From the NCBI GenBank assembly GCA_009103225.1, contig RHPI01000810.1, positions 558,001 through 622,000 of the forward strand: DNA of 64,000 bases, read 5' to 3'. This document shows positions 1 through 12,614 of the stretch, piece after piece; the stretch's first letter is position 1; every line of letters starts with the position of its first letter. The translations under genes were made by a program, and so were the position numbers. Below the pieces are notes generated by a model. That model ran no database searches. It was not told the origin of the DNA and saw only the letters and a list, made by a program, of their open reading frames with translations. This DNA is from Chlorokybus atmophyticus. Taxonomy: Eukaryota > Plantae > Mesostigma and Chlorokybus algae.

Positions 1-172
1 GAGTGCATGTCTGTCTGAAGAGCAGTATATGTGTAGGGAGGAGTAGCTTGTTGCTGTCACACACCAACATGAACACGCATTACGATTTCGCCTTTGTGAT
101 GATGCATGTCGACAACGTGCTATACCATATAACATACCTTTGCGCACCATATGCATGAATGTACACCATGCA

Positions 173-469
173 GTCATCGCTGGCATAGATGAGTGGGTGA
201 TTACATTACATCAAGGTGCTTCCATGCCATGTTAATGCAGACAACATGTGAGGTTGTTGATCATTAAGATAGTGGCTATTGTAATGCAAGAAATGTGATA
301 TGCGGTCATTGACTACCTGCTTCATAATCGTGCAGACATTTACGATGCATAATATAATTTGTAAGATGTAGTAGATGTAATTTGCCAGGGGCGAGAGTTG
401 AATACGCTGCGTACCTATGCCATGCGTATTTATGATGGAGTCAAAGCTTGTGATATGCACGATGCTCAT
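173..469 (-). pseudogene. Possible highly decayed non-LTR (LINE) reverse transcriptase remnant
   Basis: Minus-frame peptide SFDSIIN...LSPLANYIYYIL...NVCTIMKQVVNDRISHFL...LNDQQ resembles the LINE RT GxDxIxN / PLxxIF / KIMEKVVNxRL..FL..Q segments. YASDD follows in frame after a stop (187-173). Motif spacing needs internal deletions, so support is weak. Confidence 0.3.
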
Positions 470-1672
470 ATCATCGTTCTATAAGACCGTATTGTAAGGA
501 ACCCTTCCTTGAGAATGAGCATGGCGCAATATATTTGTTAACAATTGTTGCCATGACGATGAACTTCGGCTCGTGCTAGTATGATCTTGTAATATGTCGG
601 TATATCGCATTGTGCATGAAGGTTCTGTTGTTCATGCTTGAGGAATACAACTTGACAATATTCACTTTAAGAGAAATAACATGTACTATTGCATAATATA
701 ACAACTTTATAGCAGATTTATTGTCTTTGTAAAGTGTCGCACACCGTAATGGTTTCTTGGTGCAGGATGACATGCAACAATCACCTACTAGTATATGTCC
801 AACGGCATAGGGTAACACCCAGGGGGCGAGCACTCAGAGCGAATACACACAAGCACAAAGCGTATAATCGACAACACAACACGGCATGTGTATACTGATA
901 ATGAGTATAAATTCATATGCACTATACACATGATAGGCGTGCAGTTGAATTACTCTCATGAAAAGTTAGATCAAGTGAAGCTTTGAAATCGATAATTATA
1001 TTTTTAAATTAAGGTTGTATACTTTATGATTTTCAATAACTATTTATTGTTATGATGTGCATTGTCATATTGTTGCAACCCGTAATTGAAATTTGTTAAG
1101 ACAAGTGTGTCCGAGATGGGTTTTAGCATGACGCTGGTGCTTGGGACCTCTTTAACAACATAACACAAAAAACGAATGACCGCATGCACGTCGTCAAGCC
1201 TGTTGTGCACCAGGTGTCGTACATTTCAACTCAGTATGTTCAGCATCTGCTCTTGTTATTTGAATTAATGTCACATATGAAACTCCATCTTCCTCCGTGA
1301 TAAAGGTATAAAATTGACCAACTTACAGGGCCCTAAGTGCATCAAGAAAAAAAGATGTTATACTGACCAAGTATTTCTGCAAATTCGAATGCATGCAAAC
1401 GTGTGTGACATGCGCACCGCCTCACCTGTCAATTTTATATTGTCCCTCAACTGACAACAATAATCTAGTTTGCTGGTGGAGATAAAACACCATATCAACA
1501 TGTTGTCGGGTTGATTGTGGTAAGAGGCATTATTGATACCGGTAACGTAAAGACCAAAGACAATTTTGGGACATGCAAGGTTTTGAACGGGGGTTCACAA
1601 TGTCGCATGCAGGCCTGTGGCCAGAAGATGTGGATGAGATTAAAGCGCGCTTTCAACGTTCAACTTCCACAC

Positions 1673-1815
1673 TAGTCAGAGGGCCAACTCGTTCCCACGG
1701 GCAAACCAATTTACAGCCGTCTCATTGGTCGGCTTGTGTCAACCAATGGGGGGTGGCCTTTTGTCATAGGATGTGAGTGCATTGCACTTGTAAGGGGGTT
1801 GATGTCGATTGATTT
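1673..1815. repeat. Left terminal/subterminal inverted-repeat motifs of the Academ-like element
   Basis: TAGTCAGAGGGCCAACTCG at 1673-1691; GTTGATGTCGATTGATTT at 1798-1815, with a partial second copy at 1844-1858. Confidence 0.65.
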
Positions 1816-2540
1816 TCGCGTGCTGTGCGGCGTGTAAGTAGACTGATGTCGATTGATTGATGGGTTTTTGGACCCTCTCGTGTCAGTCGTCACGCGATTT
1901 GCCGCTTGCTGCATGTCGCGATCAACAGGCATCAAGTGTTTTGGGTGCCTCTGTCGAGAGGCTGAAATCAGCTGCAGAGGCCGTTGATCAGCTATCGGCG
2001 AGTCTCGACAGGTTGATTTTCGAGCTGTGTGACTGCGAATTAGGGTTTGCTTGCCCGTTTTCCCGCCGGCGCCATCTCACTAGACCACCTTAGAACGGTA
2101 GGCGCCAAGGTAGCGGCGGCCGGGGGTGTGTGCCTGGCCGTGAGGTCATTGTGGTGGGTGTCTGTGTTGTGTCGCTGTTGAGGTTTGCTGTGAAGTAGTG
2201 CGCCGCTCAGTGGGGTCGGTGACTTCAGCTATTGAGGAATGCTGGAAGTTGGCGTGTCTGGTTGTGGGTGGTGAGGTCATGTTTGGAGTCGTGGGCGTCG
2301 CTTGGGAGAGGGATTCGCTTGCAGATAAGTGTGCCGTGCATGCTGCTGTTGTATTTGTGTTTTGTCAACGGCTTTTGGGTATTGATGTTGGGCTGCGCTA
2401 CACGTAAAAGCAGAGCTGTATGTCAATGACATGACTGGTGTGAGTGCATCTCCATGTTGTGTGCGTGTTGTAGACGATACTTGGCAGTCACTGCAAAGTC
2501 AGCGCACCAGGCCTTTTTGCAGCAAAAGTTTCAGCTATTG

Positions 2541-3680
2541 TCAAAGCACAATTGACTTATCCCACGACAGTGGTTTGCTGCTAATGGTATAGCCTGATGC
2601 TTGCAGCATTTTGCGTCCTAGATATTCAGCATAAGCAGGGGGAATGCACTCCACAAGTGTGGTTTCAGCTTGGATCCATGGGATGCCCAGTGCTTTTTGC
2701 CATCCTGCCAGGGTGCCACGTGAACCGGACTGGCCATACACTGGATACATTTGGAGTTTCTGTGTGCACTTTGGCTGGCTGTTTGTCTTTGTTTTGTGAC
2801 CTGATAATGCACCTAGGCTCTTGGCAGTGTAGTCACACACCATGTCCTTCTGGAGAGCTGGCTTCGTTTCAAACAGCCTGTGTCTGAAAGGGGAGGAAAA
2901 ACATGGTACCACAGAGTGTCAAGGTGGTCTCCATGTGGTCTGCTGCGCCAGGTACATTCTCAATGATGTAAGGCTTGTGTTCCTTGTGTAGGCGGAGACG
3001 CAGTGAGTGCAGCAGCGTGCTGTGGTTCCACTTGTCTCCATGTTCTTGTCTCTGAGACTCTGGTATGCATGCAGCAAATGCCTGGCACGGTGGGCTTGCC
3101 CATATCACATCGTAGGGGGACCGGTCTTCTGTCAGAGTGTCGCCCTTCAGGAATGGGAACGGGTACTCTGGCTGATCAATGTGGTCGAGGCCGGTGACCT
3201 CAAACCCTGTCCTGTAAAGACCCATGCTTGCTCCTCCTCCACCGCAGCAGAGATATAGAAGTCGTGGACGGTCTGGTGTGCCATCTTCCCTGTGTGCAGT
3301 ATGTGTGGCAAGCAGAGGTGAGGAACCACTCCAGATAGGGATACTGGGTAGTGGAGGGGCTGTCTTTTGTGTTGTGGGCACGCGCTGACCCCCAATGCGG
3401 ATGCAGGAAGCTGTGCCCTTGTGCAAGATGCACACCACAATGTTGTACTTCTCGGGCTTGAGGTGTTGTACTTCCTCGTCGGTGTATCGCACGCTCAAGC
3501 GCGCTGGCAGCAAGCAAGTGGGTTAGTTGATCTGCTGTTGGTAAGGCTGCGTGTGTGTGTGACGTAGGCCATCATGTCACCTGTGCTTGGGTTGTACTTA
3601 TAGATTGTCCCTGGGTACCACTTCTGGTCGGCGGGCCAATAACCCATAACATCAAGGCCAACCAGTTCAGCTCCGCCCAT
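2541..3680 (-). pseudogene. Tudor domain + small phage-type C5 cytosine DNA methyltransferase fusion (one frameshift)
   Basis: Spliced Tudor ELVGLDVMGYWPADQKWYPGTIYKYNPST|ARLSVRYTDEEVQHL (GT-AG intron 3580-3504). MTase motifs: I LLYLCCGGGG (~3231-3260), IV VIWASPPCQ (Cys codon 3085-3087), VI IIENVPGA, LCGTMF, then RHRLFE after a 1-nt frameshift near 2887-2901, and C-terminal LGIPW...ECIPPAYAEYLG. Stop at 2541. Confidence 0.8.
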
Positions 3681-4580
3681 TGTGCAGCGCTGTAAGTATA
3701 TTGCAGTGCTGGAGGCTTCACTCTGCAAGCAGTGACGTATTGGTACAATAATCGATGCCTGCATACTGTGCACATTTGTGGAGAAAGCTGGCTCGGCTTA
3801 CCTCGGGTGCCGTTGTGCTTGTAGCAGGTTGAGTCGCATTGGCAATGGCATGATGCGTGCTGCCTCGCCCGCAGCGGGATAGACGAGGTTGTTGGATGAA
3901 GATCTAGGCAACCAGTGCAACAAAGCAATGTGCTGCAGGTGAGCTGAAGTACTGCTTGCCTGCATGCCAGCAGCGTGCACGCAGTCCAACTCGCATTCAC
4001 ACGTCGTGACCCTCAACAAAAACACCAAGTCTTCAGCTGCATGTCTTGTACTGCTATGACTGGCTCACTCACATCTGTCGTGCAGTGCTCCCCGGAAGCG
4101 CTGGAGCCAGGCCGTATATAAGGCAAGTAGCGCAGCGCTTGCCCATGCCATCCAAACGCTGCAGCGTCGCACATCTGGCATGTGCATTGCAGGTTAAACC
4201 ATTCTGGCAGCTTGCATTGCAACTTGCTCCTGCCGTCACCAACTTGAGGGTGCGTTAATTCAATGCAAAATTGGTGTCAATCATTGCGGTATTTATATAA
4301 ATCCATTGTGATTATCAAATTCATATCAATTCCTTGCAAAGATCATATTGACAGCATAACACAATATTGTTCACTATCCATTCGATGCACCATTGCTAGA
4401 CAACATTCCATGCAAAATCCATATCAATGTGTGGTAAATACCATTATTTCCATACAAGTTGTATGATACCATATGCTGCATTAAATTCATACAACTTGGC
4501 ACATAGCATATAGCGATCTGCCCTCACAAGCAGCACTTGTAGCAATGCAGTAAAGACAAACAGATAATGTTGTTACCACA

Positions 4581-4898
4581 ACATACAACTTGCTGATATA
4601 ACACACAACCTATCTACTTGCTACTCTACCAACATTGTTCAAGCTCTACAAAAATAACCAACTAAGCAACACCTTACAACCACTAACAACCACACTACCA
4701 GCCATACACACACACACACACACACGCGCGCCGCCAGTCAGCGCCTCGTGCTGCCGCCGTTGCCGTCGCCGTCACCCGTCAGCGCCAGCGCCACATACAA
4801 CTTGCTAATATAACACACAACCTATCTACTTGCTACTCTACCAACATTGTTCAAGCTCTACAAAAATAACCAACTAAGCAACACCCTACAACCACTAA
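4581..4898. repeat. 106-bp direct repeat pair around a (CA)n + GC-rich spacer
   Basis: Copies at 4581-4686 and 4793-4898 differ at 2 positions by eye. Confidence 0.9.
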
Positions 4899-5757
4899 TT
4901 TAAACTTGCGCATTAATGCGTGCAATAAACATCAATATCATTATAATGTAAATTGCGTATGAATTGCATATCGAATGCTATCAATTCAACCGCATGTATG
5001 AATGCAATGCTGATATCCGTATGAATTCAATGTACCCTCAAATTGGTGACGGCATTGAATGATGTGGTCGCCTGTGGCAAAATGATGCCAGCAGGCAGCA
5101 GTAAAATCGTACAACTTTAGGTACATGCTGCATTGGTCCTGATGTCGACCAAGTCGTGCCTGCTGGCCGTCGGGTACGGTATATGCAAGGCAGATGTTGC
5201 ACACTACAGCGCGCCGCGAATGTCCCCTCCCGCCATGCTGGACGTCGCACTGGCTGGCGAGCTGAGGTACTGGTTGTTTCAACGCCATCCACGTTGGCGC
5301 CGCCGCCACCTCCTATGCACACAACTAACTGGTCAGTACAAACGGTTATGCAATAGCGCCAGAATGCAAACCCTAATAATGTGTGCAAAACCCTATAAAT
5401 GTGAGCGTGCAAGTTACATCTGTGCGAGAGTCTTTTCTCACCAGCTTGATTACCTTCTTCTTTGTCCCATATCTGGCTAAGCCAGTCATCAATGGCCTCA
5501 CTGGTCCGGCGCAAGCCTTCGTCGCAGGGTGGTGGACGTGCGGGCGCCGTCGCGTTGCCATCGCGGTCATCATCCCAGTCTGAGCACTCACTTTCTGGCT
5601 GGCTCTCATCGCTGCTGGACGACTTGTCGTCATCCTCCGGTTCTGCAGCATGTCATTGCATGACGCAATCAGCAGGTGAAGCTTGCTTTAATATACGTGT
5701 CTGGCTCGCATGCAAACTGTCAATGCACAAGGAAGTGTGCTAACCTTGCGGTTGGGT

Positions 5758-8700
5758 TTAAGTGCTTGATAGATCCATGGTGTAGTCATTGGAGTCAGCG
5801 TGGTTGCAGCACTTAGTGCAACGGCATGCCGCCGAGCACGGCATCCCTACCCGTTTGCACTTGCATTGGCTTGTAGCGCATCTGTTCTTCGCGCACCCGC
5901 AACCACGCCGTAGTAAGTGCCGTCGCTCCTTGCATGCAGTAATATTCTCAATGGTGTCCATGAAAGGTGCCAATACGCCGTCGCTTTCGCCCCAGCCATA
6001 ATCACCAAGGTACAGCAAACGCAGCTGGGGCTGGCTTGACTGCAGCCACATGCGGAGAACCCACACACAGCGCGAGCTGTGCAGCATCAATGCGTCGGTG
6101 GAAGGTAATCTCATGTCCTCCATTATATAGGTGTGAAAGATGCCCTCGTCCAATGCCTTCAGCTAAAGATTCAAGCACTCTGTGTCCCATTTGTCCCCGT
6201 GCATGCCGTTGGTCGCATGGAACAGCGCCTCTGCGCTCCGGTGCTTGGAGAATTCACCTTTGTGTTTGTAGAAGTAGGCGCAGCCAATGAGGCGGACACC
6301 CACAGCCTTTAGGCTGTCATCTTGCATCGTGCAGCCACTGGTGATGAACTCAGCCTCTTTGAATAGTACTTTACGCCAATAATAGTTCTTGCCAATGCCA
6401 GTTGTGAAGGATGTATAGTCACATCCAGTCGCGCAAAAGAACAGCATAAAGGTGGCCCGTGACATTAATGGCAGGAAGCGGAGCTGTTCGAAGGCCTCCA
6501 TATGCTTCAGCAGCTGGTTCATCAGCAGGTAACTTGGTCGGTTTCTTGCACCTCGCTCATAGTTAAACTGCACTGTGACTGTCTTGTTGTTCCTTTGCCA
6601 AGCAGACACGCATGTCAGGCCAATCATAGTGATGTCCGCATCCGAAGAATATGTCATGATATTGTTGCACTCTGTAATGCTGGCGTGTATCCACATTCGG
6701 CTGTCAGCCTCTGCATGGTTGCAGGCGTAGCGGCCATCCACCTGGAGGCGATATGGCCTTTACCTTCGCCCGTGACTACCAGCGCCGCGTCGCCCAGACC
6801 GGGATCGTCGCTGCCTCCTGCGAACAGTACCGACACTCCCATAGGCAGGTATGGTCCCATCCCAAGTGCTGGGAGCTCGTGTGAGACCAGATTGCACAGC
6901 CTGCATTTGAAGTTGCCGTCTCCGATTGCTTGCCGCCAGTTGCGAGGCACTACGGTGTTGAGATTGAGTGCCTGTGGGACCGTAAAAGTGGCTGTTGCAG
7001 AGTCTCTTTTCTTTTGCAGGCTGCTCTTCACGCCCGAAGCATGTCGCGGGCAGTCAAACACGATGTGTAGGCTCTGCATGTTTGCTCCGCGAAGTCTTGG
7101 CAGCAGTTGAGTCCTCATCAACTGGTACATGTAGTCGCGCAGGGTCAGGCACCCCACCGCAGGGGTGATGTTAATCACAACATCCCTCGGAGATAATGCA
7201 GGAGACTCCATGTGGTGGGTCGAAACTGGTGGTGTCCTCGGAGCCATCTGTTAAAGCACCAATGAATGTGGACTTGGCGCCACTGTGCATACGGCCATCC
7301 GCGTCGAAGAGAGCCTGCGGTATCTCCAGGTAACGTGCGCACGCTGCGTCGCGCTGGCTGCCATTGACACACAACCTGCGGATGATGAGCGCAGATTGTC
7401 GGTTCGCTTGTTGAAGGGCATTCACTGCACTGGGCTCCTTCTTTGTCTTGAGCATTGTCTTTAAGTTGTGGTTCTTTGCGATTCTTGGAGGTGCAACAGA
7501 ACGGCAGTACTTGTTGGTGACCCAGACCTTGAAGCTGTCTATGCCTATGTCTCCGTGGCGTAACATAACTTACAGCAAAGCTGCGCGAAGCACGCTCTGA
7601 GAAACAAATGTATGCACATATCAGCGGCAACAGCGGGCTCAGCTACGACATCTTTGGTGAGGTGAGACAGCTGCTCGTTGTGGCCACGCCTCTCAGCGTG
7701 CCTTCCCTCCCAAGCACTGAGTGCATACCACTGACTGTTTGCTCTGTGCGCTTGTAGCCGCGCGCAGTGGAACGCTCCAGGCCAGGACCATCTCTCCGTG
7801 ACAATGACATCTTATTGAATAGTCGCTTCAGGTGCTGCGCGCGGTACGACATGTGCAAGGTCCTTTCCCGCATGTAGTCAGCGGTAGGCCTACTCAGAAT
7901 CTGCTTCAAATCATTATTGATGATGCACTCATGGGCCTCATTTGCTGCCACATGAGCCCCTGGTCTTCCTGTAAGCCGCACCGCAAACTGGCCAGTGCGC
8001 AAGGGAGCCAGAACATCTTCGGGCCAAGTGTTCATGTCCACCAAGTGCTGCGCAATTAGCCTACTATAATGTGGTCGGTCCCAAGCGAATGCCAGCGTTT
8101 TAGCGACTTTTAGCTAGCAGCACGGAGGTTCCAATCCGAGGACCTCACGGCCAGCCAGAGCAACAGGTAAGCCCTGGCATGCTTGTGCATAAAATCCCAC
8201 CACAGCTTGAAGGTGGAATCCTCCTCAGCCCTTGTGTCTCCCCACGCCATGAATGCTGCATAGTGCCGGTGGTCGTTGATCTCGTGATATGTGCTGCCAT
8301 AGTCGGACTCCGTGTCTTGCCACTCTGGTGTGGCCGCGTGAAACAAGTCCAATAGGTATCGGTACAAAGCCTCAAAGCTGTGCACCAAGAAATCATGCTG
8401 CTTTGTCCAGTTGCTGCCATCCACAATGTGGTTGCGCGCAGATCCTGCTGCAAACCCTGCCTCATCGGTGAGTGCATCAAGACCAGCATTAAAATACACC
8501 TTGAGCACCACTGGCAGTATGCGATACAGGGTGTGCCAGTCCCCTGGAAGCGAGTACAGCCAATCTCAAGCGCCTGGCTCATCAGTCTTTAATGATTGCA
8601 TCAGGTTGTACATTTTCTAGTCACCAGCCACCACCAACTTGTGAACTGCATCGTCTACACGCAGGCGGTCATGTAGCTCCAACAAGGCTAGTCGCAAGTT

Positions 8701-9912
8701 CTCTTGCTTGTCAGGATTGTATGGCAGCAGTGGGAGAAAGTGCACTTGGCTTGGGGTCGCGCCTTCGAGCCCTCTCAGGTGTGTCCACGTGTCCTTGAAT
8801 GTCTTCACGTCATTGTGCAGTCTGCGATTCAGAATAGTGTTGTGCAATGAGATGCTCATGTGGTCCCACGCTTCCTTCTCAACTGCATTCTTCTCTGTAA
8901 CAGCTTCCACACTCAGCCCTTCTACAAAGCGGGTGCGCGTCGTCATCACAAATGTTGGCGCGCGCTGTGCTGGAGCTGACAGCGAGGCCTCAGATAAGGT
9001 TCTGCTCCCGCATGTCTGCAACGCAGTCACGGGATCAAGACATAATTAGCACACTTAAAGCACATGATCTATTGGCAGACCCAGCACGCCTTTCCAACCG
9101 CAGTTCCATGCACAAACTTACCTTGATCTCACACTCTTCTCTGGTTTCCGTGGCTGGTGCTGGGCAAGGTATGATGCATTGTGTAGTGGTACAATGCAAG
9201 TCACCACCTTCTTTGCCCTTGTATTGCAGTGTGCGCTGTGCCTTCAAATCCTAATTATTAATTGTGCAAAACACAAACTGCTTGCCAATGTCAACAGGTA
9301 CAGGTATTGATAGGGCCACTCCAGCTCTTGCAGAATGTGCCGCAGAAGGATTCCACGGCTAGCGCAAACACCCAATCGGTTGAAAAGCTCCAGCACTCTC
9401 TGCGAAGGACTCAAGGTGTCCACCGCATCAGCAATGGCCAGGTGCACCGAGCAGTAGGCCTCTTTGTTGAATGCATAACATGCATTGGCCAACAGGTATG
9501 CTGTCTGCAGCACCTGCAATGTCTTTCTCATGGCCGCATCAGCTTGCTCCTCTACAATGTCCTCGACATGTATGCACGTTAGTGCAGCGAAGAGCTTTAT
9601 GAGGTCTGGGTCCACTGCAGACAGCTCACCCACCAGGTTTAGCTCACGAAGGTCTGGACATGTTTTGTGGCTGGCTCTACGCTTGCTTTCCTTTTGCATG
9701 AGAGTCTTCACATACTGGAGCACTTCGACTGTCAGCTCTGTGCATGCAGAGCCATCCATGTCGCTACTGGTACGCACACCAGGCGTCCTGTGCATCAACC
9801 TTAGGAGACACCTGCATGGATCCGACCAGCCGGCCAACAAGATTGTTCCCAAGCGGGGGGATGATGTAAGCCGCACCGCATCACCAAAGGTGACACGCAC
9901 ACGCAGCGCCAT
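5758..9912 (-). pseudogene. Academ-type transposase fused to XPG/PIN-like nuclease and Cys8 zinc finger, with multiple stops
   Basis: Transposase: SQRVLELFNRLGVCAS; FVFCTI-NN*D (decayed DNxD, 9248-9259)...LHCTTTQ; LVVAGD*K...LPGDWH; AVRSSDWNL; GQFAVR...NEAHECIIN. Nuclease: IVFDCP, NHAEADSRMWIHA, YSSDAD, H3TH-like TGCDYTSFTTGIGK. C-terminal YGW...CGCAKNRCATSQCKCKRVGMPCSAACRCTKCCN. An acidic tail probably continues in an exon at ~5650-5400. Confidence 0.8.
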
Positions 9913-10198
9913 GTCACAAGGGACGGTCCCTTGTCATCACTTTCAGTTCAGCTGCCAATTGGTGCATCATAATGCATGCGTCTTTTGTCTGCATGTCCAT
10001 GGCGATGCGCTGCATTGCTAAATCCAAGCTGGTGATGGCAAGCTCTTGGGCTACACGCTGCATGAGCTCCATGCCTGCAGCCTGGTCTTAGGTCTGCATT
10101 GATCTCTGACCCCTCAGGTGACGAGCCTCGGCTTCCACTTGTCCAACACGATGCACCGCATCCTCCCGGGCTTGCATGTGTTGCTGCAGGTAGTTACC

Positions 10199-12402
10199 TT
10201 AGTCAGGATATTCGTGCCTAGAGCGCTGCCTCAAGTGGACATCCACATGCCATACCCGGTTCTCTGCTTGCAATTCGCTCAGGTCTGCATTCTTTCCCAT
10301 TAGCACAAGTTCCAATTGCCTTGCATGTTCCATGCTTGCTGCGAGGCTGGTCATTGATTGGGCATGAGCCTGTTGAGCACGCTGCACATCATTGCACATG
10401 GTTAGTAAAACTCACTCAACCGTCTGCACAGCCCGTCCCCCTGTAAGTTCGTCACTGCAAATAGAGTTACCATTGAATTGCGCACAGCCTCGTCTAGATC
10501 AGTTTGCAATCCGCGCATTGTTACAGTGTTCAGCGCTTCCTTTGCCTGACACCCACGCCCTAATGACTCCATGCTACGCATGGCTTTCTTATGCTGTGCA
10601 ACCTTTGATTGACACTCACTCCTTAATGCATTCTCCTGCATTGGTGGCATTCAATGTAGTCGCACCACAACGACTGGCATGCCCATCAGCAACTGATCAC
10701 AAATACTGAGGGTGCAGCACTCCCTACTATACGCAGCAGGTGACATTCAAAAACAACCTCGAACATGCGCAACACGCACCTCATGCAATCTTGCAGCCAC
10801 ATTGTCTGCACAGCCATTGCCACGGAAAGGATCACCTGATTATTGGCAATGTTATTAATATAACAGCTCACTGACTGGCCCACGCACTCCCCNNNNNNNN
10901 NNNNNNNNNNNNNNNNNNNNNNNNNNNNNNNNNNNNNNNNNNNNNNNNNNNNNNNNNNNNNNNNNNNNNNNNNNNNNNNNNNNNNNNNNNNNNNNNNNNN
11001 NNNNNNNNNNNNNNNNNNNNNNNNNNNNNNNNNNNNNNNNNNNNNNNNNNNNNNNNNNNNNNNNNNNNNNNNNNNNNNNNNNNNNNNNNNNNNNNNNNNN
11101 NNNNNNNNNNNNNNNNNNNNNNNNNNNNNNNNNNNNNNNNNNNNNNNNNNNNNNNNNNNNNNNNNNNNNNNNNNNNNNNNNNNNNNNNNNNNNNNNNNNN
11201 NNNNNNNNNNNNNNNNNNNNNNNNNNNNNNNNNNNNNNNNNNNNNCCCCTACTGCCTACCACCCTACCCAGCGACTGAGGAATTCCACCATGCACAGTGT
11301 TCACGCCAGTGGGTCCAGCAGCTGCATAGGCATGGTATGCATGTTCAAAATGATGCGAAGGGCTCATCAGCCGTTGCGGCATGTCACCACATGATGGTTG
11401 CTGAGATCCCTTTTTTGGGGAATGCACTCCTGGACGATTCAAGCCTCTCGGATCCGGCTGATGTGGTTGAGCATACCTTGGATCCTCGTTCTCCTTGCCT
11501 AGATGATAATGGAGCCGTGCTTGATCCTGCAAATTACAGTTGCTGTCATGCACACAGTACTCACATGGATCATTCTTCCATGCACTGGCTCACCTGCTGG
11601 GATGGCGTGTTGCTGCCAAATGCTGCACTCAACCGCTGAGGCGCATGCACTCCAGCCCCAGCGTTGTATAATGTCTGCAGTGGCCGCACTCCATAGCCCT
11701 TGACACCGTAGACTGGCTGGTACCCATCCACATTAGGAGAGCCAGCGTCCAGCGATGGGTCTCCTAGCCCTCCCACATCAACCCGCATAGGCGTGGAGGC
11801 AGGTGCATGAGCAGGTAAGCCGCCCTGGGGAGTACCCGAGGACATTTCCACAAAGGAGGCGACCGAGGCTGCATTGGCTTGCTCTGCAGCTCGCTCTTCA
11901 TGATAATTACCTCATCCTCCTCAGCAAACTTGTCCTGGCACCAATAACGACAGCACACACAACGAATACAATGCACGGCATGCAGAATGCACACGGCACA
12001 CGGCCATGCAGAATGCACACAATCACACAACGTGCCGGCAAAAAACTCACAGCAACACCCAGTCCAACTCATCTCAAGCAGTACAAGCATCCCGTCATCC
12101 CCTTCCTCCCAGCGTCGAATAGAGGTGAGTCCGGACACTAAGATTTCGTAACGCTTGGATGTCTTGGCCTTCCGTAAGTTACGCAAAATGTACGCTAGCA
12201 TGTTATTCTCCCTATCCTTCACCTTCACAGTGTGTTTCTTGAAAGCCACACAATGCCTTTTCACAGGGTCGGACGGTTGCACTGCTGGACGCTTGACGCC
12301 TGGCACTTCCTGCTCACCCGTAGTGTCTCCTTCGGGCACCACACGTGCTCTAGCTGCAGCGTCGCCACGCTGAGTACACGTCCCCCCCCTCTTCCTCACC
12401 AT
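10199..12402 (-). pseudogene. Unassigned ORF fragments (partly coiled-coil-like) at the 5' end of the Academ-like element
   Basis: Fragments 11764-12402, 11570-11851, 10402-10650 and 10199-10399 are on the transposase strand. The region is interrupted by the gap at 10893-11245. No recognisable domain. Confidence 0.35.
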
Positions 12403-12614
12403 TTTCTGACGACGACATCGGTCTCACACCCACACAACACCGCCACCACCACCGCCGCCGCCACCGCTGCCTCTGGCGAAAAGAGTGGCTTGTGCACAGT
12501 GTTGCGCGCCCTTAGTTCAAAATCCAGCAACCGCCACCCACTGAACGGTCCCATCACTGATATTGACTGCAACGCCAATCAATTTTGATCACTGCACCCC
12601 CCTCGACCCGCTGC

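Noticed and set aside
2541-3513. Bacterial/phage contamination explaining the prokaryote-like MTase
   Set aside because: The gene has a phase-consistent spliceosomal intron and a Tudor domain, shows the same TG/CA-rich composition as its surroundings, and is contiguous with eukaryotic TE sequence.
4986-5309. Possible PHD/RING finger (CNIC...CSMY...CWHHF...CRH) at the 3' end of the Academ region
   Set aside because: Several required Cys/His ligands are missing and the spacing fits neither pattern; it cannot be supported by eye.
6502-10021. Long plus-strand ORFs (6502-7110, 9485-10021)
   Set aside because: Antisense shadows of the transposase/XPG coding strand.
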